DNA of 64,000 nt from Candidatus Cloacimonadales bacterium (GTDB lineage Bacteria; Cloacimonadota; Cloacimonadia; Cloacimonadales; JAFGVF01), in assembly GCA_963678315.1 (NCBI GenBank), contig OY782781.1, positions 2,368,001 to 2,432,000 of the forward strand. The letters are read 5' to 3'. A model generated the notes under the pieces. The model had not been told where the DNA came from. It worked only from the letters and a program-made list of their open reading frames with translations, and ran no database searches. Position numbers and translations under genes: made by a program. The number at the start of each line of letters is the position of its first letter. The first letter of the stretch is position 1. This document shows, piece by piece, positions 38,863 to 49,956 of this stretch.

Positions 38863-40740
38863 ATGAATAAGATTTTAATTAAATTTGTATTATTAACTTT
38901 ATTACTATTAACGATTTTAGCTTGTAGCACTGATGACAACTCTACAGAACCAAGCAATTACTTAGAACTTGATATCCCAGATGATTTTAACTGGACTAAT
39001 CTAGATTATATCAATGTTAATGTTACTATTAACAGTAATAATAGCTCCGAAAAGTTTCTTGTTTATGTAAAACATGGTGATAAAACTCTTGCCCATAACT
39101 TTACTCAAAACAACCAGCTTTCTATGAATGTTAATTCAATTAAAGAGTATGACCAATTAGAAGTGACTTGTCCAAGGCTTAAATATTCAGCTTCAATTAG
39201 TACATCTCAAAAAGAGCATAATATAACAATTGATAATCCTTTTGAAAGTAAATTTAACTATGCAACAAATGTTGATCCATACTTCGAAGATGAACTTAAA
39301 ACAGATACTTCCGAATTTGAGACTATTGATGGCATTTCACCTTACATGATAGCTTCTTTCATGGATAACAGTAATATTTATGTTCCTAGTCAGGTTCCTC
39401 AAGCAAATACTGGTTGGTATAAATATAAATACACTGCAGACCAAAGTGCTATTGGTGATATCCAGATAAAAAATGATGGTATTCTTAACTATGTTGAACT
39501 TGGAGTTAATCATATTCTAATGCAAACTATTGATGTAGAAGGTTACTCATACTTCAATGAAAATTTAGAAGGTAGAGTTCTTGATAATACTGCTGACATA
39601 GATGATTGTCCTAATGGGGCTTATATGTCTATGTTCTATATATTCATGGACGAGAATTATAATTATTTAAGTTCATTCCCATGGCCACCATGGTCTTATT
39701 CAGATTCAGATAGATTTTATTCTGACAGAACAGAAAACGATTTAGATAACGCTAAATATATTACTATTATTGGTCAATATAATGGTCCTACTGGTTCAGT
39801 TAGACTAGATAACTGGCTAGATACATTCTACAACGCAGAAGCTACTAATGGCGATGCTGATGGTGATGGAGTAATTGATAGTGAAGATATGTATCCTTAT
39901 GATGCTAACTATGCAGGAAGAATTGACATTCCTGGTGGTTTCATGATGTTTGAAGACCTCTGGCCTGACAAGGGTGATTACGACTTTAATGACTTATATC
40001 TTTATATCTCTGACTGTCAATTCACTACTAATAGTGAAAACAAGATTACGCATTTAGATGTATATTACCGCATTCTAAAATATGGAGCTAGCTTACATAA
40101 TGGTCTAGGTTTAAGAATAATAGACGCTAATGGTAGTGGCGATGACATAACTTATCAAACAATTGATACTGGAAATATGATTGAATCAGCTATAGGCTAC
40201 TCATTACCAGGAGATTGGCAAGCAGACGAACAAGGAAACTGGAATGAAGTAGCTAACGGAGATTGGAGCCATATGGTCTACAAAGATCCATTTGCTAACA
40301 ATAGTGTTATTCTAATTCATGATATAGCAAATATGGACCTTGATTCTAATACTGGAGCAAGTATTAGAATTAAATTTGACCCAACTCAGGAACAGCCTGT
40401 AAATCCAATCCCAGACTTCTTCTTATTTAGAAGCTCAAACCGTCATCACGAAATACATCTAGCTCACTACCCACCTACAAATGGTGTTGATATGGCTTTA
40501 TTTGGAAGTGGTGTTGATTCATCAATGGATCCTGAAGGAAATTGGTACAAGACTTCTGATAATTACCCTTGGGCTCTTTTCTTCTCTAATGATTCATGGG
40601 TACCTGCACCAAAAGAGAATATTCCAATCTTTGAAGCTTATCCTGACTTCTCAGGCTGGGTTACTTCTGGTGGTGAAAACTATCAAAACTGGATTAACAA
40701 TTATGATTCAGAACTAACAGAAAATCCTTGGAGTAAATAA
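38863..40740 (+). CDS. LruC/DUF4842-domain surface lipoprotein
   Basis: Lipobox ILAC, DADGDGVIDSEDMYP Ca-binding repeat, FEDLWPDKGDYDFND, HEIHL, PWAL. Confidence 0.8.
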   Translation: MNKILIKFVLLTLLLLTILACSTDDNSTEPSNYLELDIPDDFNWTNLDYINVNVTINSNNSSEKFLVYVKHGDKTLAHNFTQNNQLSMNVNSIKEYDQLEVTCPRLKYSASISTSQKEHNITIDNPFESKFNYATNVDPYFEDELKTDTSEFETIDGISPYMIASFMDNSNIYVPSQVPQANTGWYKYKYTADQSAIGDIQIKNDGILNYVELGVNHILMQTIDVEGYSYFNENLEGRVLDNTADIDDCPNGAYMSMFYIFMDENYNYLSSFPWPPWSYSDSDRFYSDRTENDLDNAKYITIIGQYNGPTGSVRLDNWLDTFYNAEATNGDADGDGVIDSEDMYPYDANYAGRIDIPGGFMMFEDLWPDKGDYDFNDLYLYISDCQFTTNSENKITHLDVYYRILKYGASLHNGLGLRIIDANGSGDDITYQTIDTGNMIESAIGYSLPGDWQADEQGNWNEVANGDWSHMVYKDPFANNSVILIHDIANMDLDSNTGASIRIKFDPTQEQPVNPIPDFFLFRSSNRHHEIHLAHYPPTNGVDMALFGSGVDSSMDPEGNWYKTSDNYPWALFFSNDSWVPAPKENIPIFEAYPDFSGWVTSGGENYQNWINNYDSELTENPWSK

Positions 40741-40763
40741 ACTATTCTAAAGAAATAAACATT

Positions 40764-40792
40764 AAGAGGTACTAGTCCATAGTACCTCTTTC
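40764..40792 (+). terminator. Terminator hairpin after the LruC-like gene
   Basis: AAGAGGTACTA-GTCCA-TAGTACCTCTTT. Confidence 0.65.
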
Positions 40793-40814
40793 ATAATATA
40801 AGGAGAATATCAAA

Positions 40815-41591
40815 ATGACTTATGCAAGTCTTATTGTTGAACAAAATTATCATATAGGAACAATAACCCTAAACAGGCCAAAAGAATTAAATACTTTTAC
40901 TACTAAACTAGCTATTGAGCTTAATCAAGCTTTCTTAGAGTTAGATGATGCTAAGAATATTAGAGTAATCTTGGTAAAAGGTGCAGGAAAACACTTCTGT
41001 GCAGGTATTGATTTGAATGAGTTTCCTGGTAAAAATGTTATAGAATATAAGAAATGGATTGAAGTTATGGAACGCCCTTTAATAACTATCAGTAAATTAA
41101 GCAAACCTGTTATTGTTCAAGTACAAGGTGTAGCAGCAGCTAATGGTGCAGGTCTGGTTGCCGCTGCTGACTTAGCAATCCTATCCAACAAAGCAAAAAT
41201 CGGATTAACTGCAATTAATGTTGGTTTGAATTGTGTAGGACCAGTTGTCCCTATTGCAAAATCTATTGGTAGAAAAAAGGCTCTTGAAATGCTTCTCTTT
41301 GGTGATCTTATTAATGCTGAAGAAGCACTTAAAATGGGACTTGTGAACAAAGTTGTTGAGCATGATAACTTAGAATCTGAAGCTATGCAATGGGTTAATA
41401 AGCTTGCTGAGAAAAGTCCAATAGCTCTTCAAATTGCCAAAAGTGCTTACTATGCAGCTGAAAACCTTGATTATGAAAAATCCTTTAAATTTATGAATGA
41501 AGCATTTGCAAGCCTTTGTACTACAGAAGATGCTAATGAAGGTATTGATGCTTTTAAAAATAAACGTAAACCTGTTTGGAAATTGAAATAG
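40815..41591 (+). CDS. Enoyl-CoA hydratase/isomerase-family protein
   Basis: ITLNRP, FCAGIDL, KPVIVQVQG, AEEALKMGLVNKVV, EGIDAFKNKRKP. Confidence 0.9.
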   Translation: MTYASLIVEQNYHIGTITLNRPKELNTFTTKLAIELNQAFLELDDAKNIRVILVKGAGKHFCAGIDLNEFPGKNVIEYKKWIEVMERPLITISKLSKPVIVQVQGVAAANGAGLVAAADLAILSNKAKIGLTAINVGLNCVGPVVPIAKSIGRKKALEMLLFGDLINAEEALKMGLVNKVVEHDNLESEAMQWVNKLAEKSPIALQIAKSAYYAAENLDYEKSFKFMNEAFASLCTTEDANEGIDAFKNKRKPVWKLK

Positions 41592-41600
41592 AATACTTAA

Positions 41601-41626
41601 GTAGCGGCGTTATTCTGCGCCGCTAC
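41601..41626. terminator. GC-rich hairpin between convergent genes (terminator or REP-like)
   Basis: GTAGCGGCG-TTATTCTG-CGCCGCTAC. Confidence 0.6.
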
Positions 41627-41651
41627 AATTACATATATAGAATTTATCATT

Positions 41652-42938
41652 TTAGCTAATAGCTGTATAATAGTCTTTTGCTTTCTCGGTTATTCTCTTT
41701 ACAAACTTAGCTTTACCATCAGTATAGCCTTCTCTATCCCACTTATTTAATTTCTCTAAACCAAGCTTTAATTCCTCATATTCTATTGCTACTTCAGTAA
41801 ATTCATTGAGGTAATCCCTAAAGTATACCCTATCCCAAATATAAGAATTATCTAGACTAGCGAAATGTAAATGGTAAGATTCTTCAGCAAGTCCAGTTTC
41901 CAAGTAGCCTTTTACAAACATTATATGTTTAGTTTGTTCTATCATAAAAATATAACCTAACGGTTCCAATATTTCTTTAAGAACATTCTCAGTCATTCCT
42001 TCTTTCAGTTCAATAATCATGTCCACTGTAGGCTTTGTTTTGATTGATTTAATAGCAGTAGATCCTATGTGTTCAACCTTCAAAGGAGCAAACTCTCCCA
42101 GTAGATTAAGGATATAGTCTTTTTCTTTATTAAACCTATCAAGATAGCAATCTTTATTCTCAAAGAGTTCAATAGGATACAACTCACCTAATTGACGTTT
42201 TCTATCGTCATCTATCTTTTGTTCTTTCATTTTACTAACTAGCCTTTTAGTAGCTTTATTAAATAATATTGAGATTCCTGTCCCTGTGACTAAGTAGCTA
42301 ACATGAAGAAGATAGCATGGGATTATGCTATTAGTTTTTAAGAATAAAGAACCAGAAACTAGAGCTAGAACAAAAGAACTAATTACTTTGCTAGCAATAT
42401 AAGGATTACTGATGCGCTTACTTAAACTAAGGTTATTTAGAGCGTACAGAATGGCAGGGAAAACCACAGCAATACTAAAGCTTAAGCCTAAAAGTTTCAT
42501 TTGATATTGTGCTAATGGTATTAGCAGTGTGATGAATAAACCCCTATAAAAGAGTTCTTCACTGAAAGAGTTTAAGAACCAAGATTCAAAGAAGGTTTTC
42601 CATTTTGTTTTATTCTTATCTGACACTGGTGAATCATTCTTAGAAGGCAAAATTGAAACAAGTATTATCATAAAAATAAAGAGAATAATACCCAGAGCTA
42701 TACCCCAGATAATTGCTTTCGATATGTAGTTTATTGATGATGCTACAAATCCTAAATCACTTAATCCAAAATGATAGTATTTTGAGATGAAAAATGTCAG
42801 TATAATTAAAATTGCAAAGTTTAGTGTATTAGTTTTTCTTTTCCAAGATTTAACAAATCTTTGTAAAACATCAACTATCAGCTTGTAAATAGCCATAATC
42901 GTTACTAAAATCAATGGTAAATATTCTATATGATTCAT
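41652..42938 (-). CDS. Fusion of a CPBP/Abi (CAAX-protease-like) membrane domain and a GrpB/UPF0157 nucleotidyltransferase-fold domain
   Basis: N-half multi-TM with SEELFYRG; C-half EHIGSTAI...KPTVD, YHLH, FRDYL...YEELK...YTDGKAKF. Confidence 0.75.
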   Translation of the reverse strand: MNHIEYLPLILVTIMAIYKLIVDVLQRFVKSWKRKTNTLNFAILIILTFFISKYYHFGLSDLGFVASSINYISKAIIWGIALGIILFIFMIILVSILPSKNDSPVSDKNKTKWKTFFESWFLNSFSEELFYRGLFITLLIPLAQYQMKLLGLSFSIAVVFPAILYALNNLSLSKRISNPYIASKVISSFVLALVSGSLFLKTNSIIPCYLLHVSYLVTGTGISILFNKATKRLVSKMKEQKIDDDRKRQLGELYPIELFENKDCYLDRFNKEKDYILNLLGEFAPLKVEHIGSTAIKSIKTKPTVDMIIELKEGMTENVLKEILEPLGYIFMIEQTKHIMFVKGYLETGLAEESYHLHFASLDNSYIWDRVYFRDYLNEFTEVAIEYEELKLGLEKLNKWDREGYTDGKAKFVKRITEKAKDYYTAIS

Positions 42939-43146
42939 GAATTTATCATCCTATATTCTTAAATTTATCCTAAGTTATCACTTAAATATTCTATGTAAAT
43001 AGAACTTCAGTGTATTTATTCCATCTTTATAACTGCATAAAAGAAAAATAAATATTGACTTACATGTTAAAGAGATATTAACTAGTTATGTAGTCAATGT
43101 ATATTTATTCTGAGCATAATCACATAACTAATTTAATGGTGGTTCC

Positions 43147-46100
43147 ATGAGTTTTAAAAGATATTTCTTTGTTGTACTTGTTCTTTTTGCTTTTGTATCA
43201 AATAGTTTAGCTAATAAAACTCAATCATTTGAGTTAAACGATGCTGAAAAGAAGTGGTTAGCTGAAGACCACATTGTTAAAGTGAGAGTTTCCTATTTCC
43301 CACCATTTCATTTCAATAAGAACAAACTTGAAGGTTTATCTGTTGATATAGCTACAAAAATGCTCGAGGATCTTAATATTAGATATGAGCTCGTCAGTTC
43401 GATTGATTACTCCTGGGCAGAATCACTAGAACAAATTAAGAATAGAAAAACATTTGATATGTTTTTAACAGCCAGTGTAACAGAAGAAAGAAAAGAATAT
43501 CTAGCTTTTTCAGATAACTATCTCAAAATTCCATGGGTTATCTTTACAAGAGATGATTCTCCCTTTATAACAAGTATTGATGATCTGGATGGAAAAGTAA
43601 TCAGCTGTCCTGAAGGATTTGTAATAGGAGAAGTTATAAAAAGGGATTACCCTAACATAAAACTAAAATTTTATGGTGGAGGGGATGAAATTGTTCAGTG
43701 TTTAACAGCACTTTCACAGGGAGAAGTAGATGCCTACATTGGTTCTTTAACTGTAGGTTCTTACTTTATAAAAGATTTAAATTTAGCAAATATAAAGATA
43801 GTTGCACCCACACCATTTGGAGATCATACTCAAGCCTTTGCTGTTAGGTCTGATTGGCCTGAACTAGCTTCTATTTTAACTAAATCTATTGATAATTTCA
43901 GTCCAGAATTAAAAACTGAAATTTTTAATAAATGGGTTTCGGTTGACTATAGTCCTGTCTTCAATAGATATGAAGTGTTAAAATGGGTAATTATTTTAAG
44001 TTCTTTATTCATTATAATACTTCTAATTTCAATGTATTGGAATAGAAGATTAAACAAAGAGATTAGAAAACGTAAGTTATCAGAAAAAAAAGTAAATTCA
44101 ATAATTAATTTTTGTCCAATTGGAATCTGTACTTCTAATGACCAAGGTAGAATTCTTTCAGCTAATTCAGCTTATGCAAAGATGGTTGGTTATTCGAATG
44201 AAGAAGTTACTAAGTTAACGTTTTTTGATTTGACACATCCTGATTATCAGCATAAAAATAAAGAACTTTTCACTAAAATGATATCAGACCAAGATGAATC
44301 TACCTTTTTTGAGTATGAAAAGAAATATATTCGTAAGAACGGAGAAATTATTGATGTTTTTGTCCATGCTGTAAATATTGAGAATTTTGATGGTACTGGT
44401 GTTTCTGGAGTTGCTTTTGTTGAAGATATTACCCAAAGGAAGAAAAATCAAGAACAGCTGGACTTTCTTTTAACAATTCAAACAATCTTAAGAAACTTTT
44501 CAACTGATTTAATTAATATTCAGAAAGAGAATGTTGCAGAAGCATTTAATAGTGTTCTTGAGAAAATAGGCTCTCTCTATGGAGCTGAACGAGCCTATGT
44601 ATATCAATATAATCATGATCCTAGCCAATCTAAAGTCTCTTATGAATGGTGTCAGACTGGGTGTAGTTCTCATAAAGATATCATTGATAGTATTAGTGTT
44701 AAGCAAATGTTAGAGGATTCTACTAATAATGTTATATCAGTCTCGTCAATAGATTTAGAACCACAATCTCAATTCAAAGATCTTCTTTCAAAACTTCAAA
44801 TCCAAAGTTGTTTAATAGTTCCGACCTACATAGCAGACTCTTTAGTTGCTTTTGTTGGTATCGATTATAATAATCATGAAAGATATTTTGAAGACTTAGA
44901 TATAAAGATTCTTAAGTTTGTTGGTCAAATTTATATCAATATCATGCAGAGATATAAGTATGAGGATAAATTAGTAGAACTAAATAAGAAGTTAACTGAA
45001 GCAATACATATCTCTCATAAATATGCTGAACAATCAAGACAGGCTAGTAAGGCTAAATCAGAATTTTTAGCTACAATGAGTCACGAAATTAGAACTCCTC
45101 TAAATGGTGTTATTGGTTTTTCTGAATTACTGTCTGAGACTAATCTAGACAAGATTCAAATGAGTTACTTAAATAATGCCACTAAATCTGCTCATTTACT
45201 CTTAGGTATCATTAGTGACATTCTAGACTTTTCTAAGATTGAAGCTGGAAAACTTGAGCTAGAATGTGTTGAATGTAATATTTACATTTTACTTGATGAA
45301 ATAATTGATCTTTTCTATTTAAAGACTCAGAGAAAAGGGCTTAATTTTCAAATAGAGATTGATAAGAATTTGCCAAACAGTATTATAATTGATCCTACTA
45401 GATTCAAACAAGTCTTAGTTAATCTTCTTTCCAATGCTGTTAAATTTACTAATAAGGGTTTTGTTAAATTAGTTGTTGATTTCGAATATATTGAGAATCA
45501 AGGTAAACTTACAATAAAAGTAATTGATTCTGGAATTGGTATTCAAGAAAATGAAATTAACAAGATTTTCAGAGCATTTTCCCAAGCAGATACTTCAATT
45601 ACAAGAAAGTTTGGAGGCACAGGACTGGGTCTTATCATATCAGATAATCTTGTCCATCAAATGGGAGGAAAGATTGAGTTCTCTAGTAAACCTAATCAAG
45701 AAACAGTTTTTGAGTTCACTATCACTGCTGACTACATCAAAGAAGAAAGATTCTATCAATCATCTACACCACATATTACTAATATACTCTTAAAAAAGAA
45801 TGATAGTGATTATTGTAATAAGATTCGTGAATTCCTTACTGCTTGTAATTATAATATTATTGAAATAGATAATATGGATAATCTTTCATCACTTAGTAAC
45901 ACAAATGATATTGATGTAATTATTTATTGTGGTTTAACTGAAAGTCCTGACTTCAATAAAGAAATATACTTTAATGGACTAGCAAAATCAATTCTGGACA
46001 TACCTATACTAGTTGTAGATAGTCTTATGAGTAATCAAGTCATATCCTCTAGATTAAAGCACTTTAAGAGGTCCTTCTTAATACCAACACCTTTCCGTTA

Positions 46101-46581
46101 TACTAGTTTAGTTAAACTACTAAAAGATATAGAAAATAATGCAAACATGATTTCTATCCAGAATGAAAATCAATCCAGTTATGATTCAAGTAAAAAAACA
46201 ATATCTACACAAGCTTTTAAGATATTAGTTGCTGAAGATAACAAACTAAACATGAAATTACTAAGAACTCTTCTAAACAAAATTGTACCTAATGCAATTA
46301 TAGATTCAGCTAAAGATGGATCAATAGCAAAAGAGAGAGCTTGTAACAAGTCTTATGATTTAGTTTTAATGGATATTCAAATGCCTAACATGGATGGATT
46401 AACATCTACAAAACTAATAAAAGCAGAACTTGGTGATAATACTCCTACAATAATCGCCTTAACAGCTAATGCAACTCAAAATGACAAGAGCAAAGCTCTC
46501 AGTATAGGGATGAATGATTTCTTAACCAAACCGATTGTAAGAAAAGATCTTGAACAAGTTTTAACTAAATATCTTATGTAG
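43147..46581 (+). CDS. Hybrid sensor histidine kinase (periplasmic solute-binding, PAS, GAF, HisKA/HATPase, receiver)
   Basis: SBP-type N-terminus, [24 protein letters not shown]...GGTGLGL, EDN...[10 protein letters not shown]...KP. Confidence 0.93.
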   Translation: MSFKRYFFVVLVLFAFVSNSLANKTQSFELNDAEKKWLAEDHIVKVRVSYFPPFHFNKNKLEGLSVDIATKMLEDLNIRYELVSSIDYSWAESLEQIKNRKTFDMFLTASVTEERKEYLAFSDNYLKIPWVIFTRDDSPFITSIDDLDGKVISCPEGFVIGEVIKRDYPNIKLKFYGGGDEIVQCLTALSQGEVDAYIGSLTVGSYFIKDLNLANIKIVAPTPFGDHTQAFAVRSDWPELASILTKSIDNFSPELKTEIFNKWVSVDYSPVFNRYEVLKWVIILSSLFIIILLISMYWNRRLNKEIRKRKLSEKKVNSIINFCPIGICTSNDQGRILSANSAYAKMVGYSNEEVTKLTFFDLTHPDYQHKNKELFTKMISDQDESTFFEYEKKYIRKNGEIIDVFVHAVNIENFDGTGVSGVAFVEDITQRKKNQEQLDFLLTIQTILRNFSTDLINIQKENVAEAFNSVLEKIGSLYGAERAYVYQYNHDPSQSKVSYEWCQTGCSSHKDIIDSISVKQMLEDSTNNVISVSSIDLEPQSQFKDLLSKLQIQSCLIVPTYIADSLVAFVGIDYNNHERYFEDLDIKILKFVGQIYINIMQRYKYEDKLVELNKKLTEAIHISHKYAEQSRQASKAKSEFLATMSHEIRTPLNGVIGFSELLSETNLDKIQMSYLNNATKSAHLLLGIISDILDFSKIEAGKLELECVECNIYILLDEIIDLFYLKTQRKGLNFQIEIDKNLPNSIIIDPTRFKQVLVNLLSNAVKFTNKGFVKLVVDFEYIENQGKLTIKVIDSGIGIQENEINKIFRAFSQADTSITRKFGGTGLGLIISDNLVHQMGGKIEFSSKPNQETVFEFTITADYIKEERFYQSSTPHITNILLKKNDSDYCNKIREFLTACNYNIIEIDNMDNLSSLSNTNDIDVIIYCGLTESPDFNKEIYFNGLAKSILDIPILVVDSLMSNQVISSRLKHFKRSFLIPTPFRYTSLVKLLKDIENNANMISIQNENQSSYDSSKKTISTQAFKILVAEDNKLNMKLLRTLLNKIVPNAIIDSAKDGSIAKERACNKSYDLVLMDIQMPNMDGLTSTKLIKAELGDNTPTIIALTANATQNDKSKALSIGMNDFLTKPIVRKDLEQVLTKYLM

Positions 46582-46610
46582 AATATTGCTATTATTAATT
46601 GGACTTAATA

Positions 46611-46650
46611 AGCCCCTAGACTCTGAGATATTATTTGCGAGCTTAGGGGC
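46611..46650. terminator. Hairpin between the convergent kinase and nox genes
   Basis: GCCCCTA...TAGGGGC inverted repeat. Confidence 0.45.
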
Positions 46651-46750
46651 ACTATATTATAGCATTTTAATCTTTAACCTAGATTATTCATTAGGTTTAA
46701 CCTACATGATGCATTAGGTTTGTCTAGATAATTTGATTATTAACTGCAGT

Positions 46751-48121
46751 TTACTCATTGTAATAGTCTAAACCCAGAGCTTGCATTATTGTTGCTAAGA
46801 CAAAGTTAAATGGTTTATTAAAGTGAGGTAAGAAGTATACATCTGTAAAAGCTAAATCAAGCAAAGTTAGATTTCTTTGAATTGCCAAAGCTAAGTAGTA
46901 TATTGTTTCAGTATGAGAAACTTCTCCATAAGAAGCAACCTGAGCACCTAACAATCTAAGAGTATCTTTTTCATAGACAATTTTGAATTTAGTTTGGGTT
47001 ACATCATTCATGAATTCAGGTCTATCGTTATCAATAACAAAGTTAGTTGCAACAGCTAAGTTATGTTTCTTTGCTGAAACTTCGCTAATTCCTGTACTTG
47101 CCATCTTATAGCCAAATACATTAATTGCATTTGTTCCCACAATTGAATCAACTTTAACAGCTTCATTTCCGTTTATGTTACTAGCAGCAACAATACCAGA
47201 CTTCACTGCGTTAGTAGCCAACGCTACTTGCATTGAGCGTTCATAAGCCGCATGGTACATAGCTACTGAATCCCCTATGGCATACACATCAGGAATTGAA
47301 GTTCTCATGTGCTTATCAACTATCAAAGCACCATTAGAAGTCTTCTCTGCTTGTGGAAGTAATTCTGTATTTGGTTTAAAACCAATACTCTTGATAACTA
47401 AATCAGCAGGATATTCACCTTTATCAGTTATAACTTTAGTGACTTTACCATCCTTACCAGCAAAATCAATAACCTTTTCACCCATTGCTAAAGTTAATCC
47501 ATCTTCCTGTAACTTTTTCTCAACATCTGCAGTGAATTCTTCATCAAAATAGTTTGGTAAAATTCTATCTTCATAGTCAATAAGAGTTACATTTTTACCT
47601 TTTAAATGATAAGCCTCAGCAAGCTCTACCCCAATATAGCCAGAACCAACTATTGCTACATTCTTAATTTCTTCTTCATCCGCTTTTCTAATCAACTCTT
47701 CAGCATGTTGGAACAACTTACAGATTTCAACATTTTCGAGGTTAGCATTCTCTTCTGGTATACCAGGTATTTCTAATGGCCATGAACCTGCAGCATAAAT
47801 CAAAGTGTCATAATTGTTTTCAAAATCTTCGTTTGTATTAAGATTCCTAACTCTAACTTTCTTGTTATCTGTATCGATAGCAATTACTTCATGACTCATA
47901 TTAATAGAAGCCCCTTTAGCTTCTAACTTTTCAGGACTGCAATAAAATAAATCATTTGGGTTTTTCACAACTCCACTAACTGTCAGGGCTATACCACAAC
48001 CAAGAAAAGAAATATTATCATTTCTATCATAAGCTACAATTTCATTTTTATTATTTTGAGCTAGTAAAGTTCTTATTGCAGAAGTACCAGCATGATTAAT
48101 TCCTACTACTATTATCTTCAT
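46751..48121 (-). CDS. nox: H2O-forming NADH oxidase family flavoprotein
   Basis: GINHAGT, ISFLGCGI (redox Cys), GSGYIGVE, YAIGD, FLPHFNKP. Confidence 0.85.
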   Translation of the reverse strand: MKIIVVGINHAGTSAIRTLLAQNNKNEIVAYDRNDNISFLGCGIALTVSGVVKNPNDLFYCSPEKLEAKGASINMSHEVIAIDTDNKKVRVRNLNTNEDFENNYDTLIYAAGSWPLEIPGIPEENANLENVEICKLFQHAEELIRKADEEEIKNVAIVGSGYIGVELAEAYHLKGKNVTLIDYEDRILPNYFDEEFTADVEKKLQEDGLTLAMGEKVIDFAGKDGKVTKVITDKGEYPADLVIKSIGFKPNTELLPQAEKTSNGALIVDKHMRTSIPDVYAIGDSVAMYHAAYERSMQVALATNAVKSGIVAASNINGNEAVKVDSIVGTNAINVFGYKMASTGISEVSAKKHNLAVATNFVIDNDRPEFMNDVTQTKFKIVYEKDTLRLLGAQVASYGEVSHTETIYYLALAIQRNLTLLDLAFTDVYFLPHFNKPFNFVLATIMQALGLDYYNE

Positions 48122-48310
48122 TTAATTCTCCTTTAATCTGAATAAATCTAATAAAATAGTAAATAGAATAAAACATTTTGCAAATATATATTTTCATAAA
48201 TTTGATTATGCTAATTGCTAGCAACATTAAGAAGTTTGAATATTGTTTCTTTAGAATTGTGAGCTTCATTTCAAGGCAAAAAAAAAGAGCCTTTCGGCTT
48301 TCATAATAAA

Positions 48311-48387
48311 TGGTAGCGAGAGGAGGATTTGAACCTCCGGCCTTCGGGTTATGAGCCCGACGAGCTACCTAACTGCTCCATCTCGCG
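48311..48387 (-). tRNA. tRNA-fMet(CAT), copy 1
   Basis: CGCGAGA...TCGGGCTCATAACCCGA...CCA; C1 mismatch and three G-C pairs in the anticodon stem. Confidence 0.95.
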
Positions 48388-48494
48388 ACAAACTTATATC
48401 TAACATCTTAAAAGCTATTTCATATTCTTGATTAACAAGAAAGTAATTAATGTTAAACATAAAAAAAAAGAGTCATTACGACTCGAGATTAAAA

Positions 48495-48571
48495 TGGGGT
48501 GGCTGATGGGGCTCGAACCCACGACAACATGAACCACAATCATGTGCTCTACCAACTGAACTACAGCCACC
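48495..48571 (-). tRNA. tRNA-His(GTG)
   Basis: G-1 GTGGCTG...CATGATTGTGGTTCATG...CAGCCACCCCA. Confidence 0.95.
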
Positions 48572-48603
48572 ATGATATCTAAATTATTTACGTTGAAAAG
48601 AAA

Positions 48604-48680
<77 letters not shown>

Positions 48681-48698
48681 ACACTAATTTCAAAAGTT

Positions 48699-48775
48699 TG
48701 GTAGCGGCACAGGGACTCGGACCCCGGACACCTGGATTATGATTCCAGTGCTCTAACCAACTGAGCTATGCCGCC
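48699..48775 (-). tRNA. tRNA-Met(CAT), probably elongator
   Basis: GGCGGCA...CTGGAATCATAATCCAG...TGCCGCTACCA; T-loop reads TCCGAGT. Confidence 0.88.
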
Positions 48776-48780
48776 ATTTA

Positions 48781-48857
48781 TGGTAGCGAGAGGAGGATTT
48801 GAACCTCCGGCCTTCGGGTTATGAGCCCGACGAGCTACCTAACTGCTCCATCTCGCG
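48781..48857 (-). tRNA. tRNA-fMet(CAT), copy 2 (identical to 48311-48387)
   Basis: Same 77-nt sequence. Confidence 0.95.
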
Positions 48858-48982
48858 TCAACGTTTAATCAATTTATTTTATAGTTAATTTTTGTCAAGT
48901 CTTTTTATTAATTATTTTAAATTAATTTCTAAAAGCTTCAATACTAAAATTCACTATAAACACTTATTATCACACTATCGAA

Positions 48983-49059
48983 TGGCACGCCCAAGAGGAG
49001 TCGAACCCCTAACCTTCTGATCCGTAGTCAGACACTCTATCCAATTGAGCTATGGGCGC
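48983..49059 (-). tRNA. tRNA-Arg(ACG)
   Basis: GCGCCCA...TCTGACTACGGATCAGA...TGGGCGTGCCA. Confidence 0.95.
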
Positions 49060-49281
49060 GTTTCGTATTCGCATAAAACTAAAATCCACTTCTCATGTCA
49101 AGATTAATTTTTATATTTTTCTTAATCACAAATTAACATTGATAGCTATATCACTGTAAAAAAAAGAGATAATATATATTAATATTTTTCATCTAATCTG
49201 CTAAAATGGCCTTTTTTAATACTCTTTCTACACTATTATTAACTTCAAATATCCAAAAAGGAATTATACATGATAAGTAAG

Positions 49282-49404
49282 AAATGACACCCAACTATTC
49301 CACCTGAAATACTGATTATATCATTTATTAAAGCTTTATTTATTAGATACTTACACGCTATTCCAAACGATGTCTCAAAATTTCCTCTTTAGCATAATTT
49401 ACAG
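49282..49404 (+). repeat. Diverged direct copy of the putative prophage left end (49582-49704)
   Basis: Ungapped alignment at offset 300 with shared blocks TGACACCCAACT, TTCCA, ATTAGA, CTTACAC, TCAAAATTTCC, ACAG. Confidence 0.75.
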
Positions 49405-49826
49405 ACTATTATTACAAGTTCGATACCAGCTTTGGAGGATGTTTGAAGTAGTCTTTTTTGACTATATATTACTGCAAGTCTTTATGTTAGTAGCTAGTTG
49501 TACTTCTGAGTAAAAAAATAGAAAGAACCGATATCTCATATTTATCATGAGACACCGGTTTAAAATTGTTGATTTGATATAAAGTGACACCCAACTTTTC
49601 CATCTGCAAAAACGATTCATATATCTCATAAAGTCCCACACATTAGACTCTTACACCTATTTTCAATCGTTTTTTCAAAATTTCCATTTTAACTGCTTTC
49701 ACAGGAAACTTTATCGTTTGATTTATACTTTTAAAGTAGTTTTGTGGTTGTAAAGAACAGCATTAACAACCTTAAACGTCTAATAAATAAAGAGTTAACC
49801 TATTTTATAGTTTTAAGGCAATTGAA

Positions 49827-49956
49827 AAAATCGTTTTTACGCTTTTTTCTCACTGCAAAAACGATTCGGTTTCTCACATTTGATAAAAAAGCGTAAAAAC
49901 GATTTTGAAGAAGTGACAGAGTTTTTTCATTATTGATAAAAAACCGTAAAAACGAT
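49827..49956. promoter_or_regulatory. Iterated putative protein-binding sites near the prophage left end (duplicated at +1936)
   Basis: Perfect 22-bp inverted repeat 49827-49848/49885-49906; 22/23 direct repeat at 49881 and 49934; repeated AAAAACGAT core. Confidence 0.6.

Noticed and set aside
48983..49578. tRNA used as the prophage attB
   Set aside because: The prophage lies on the 5' side of the tRNA genes, no tRNA 3'-end duplication is seen, and it encodes a DDE transposase rather than an integrase
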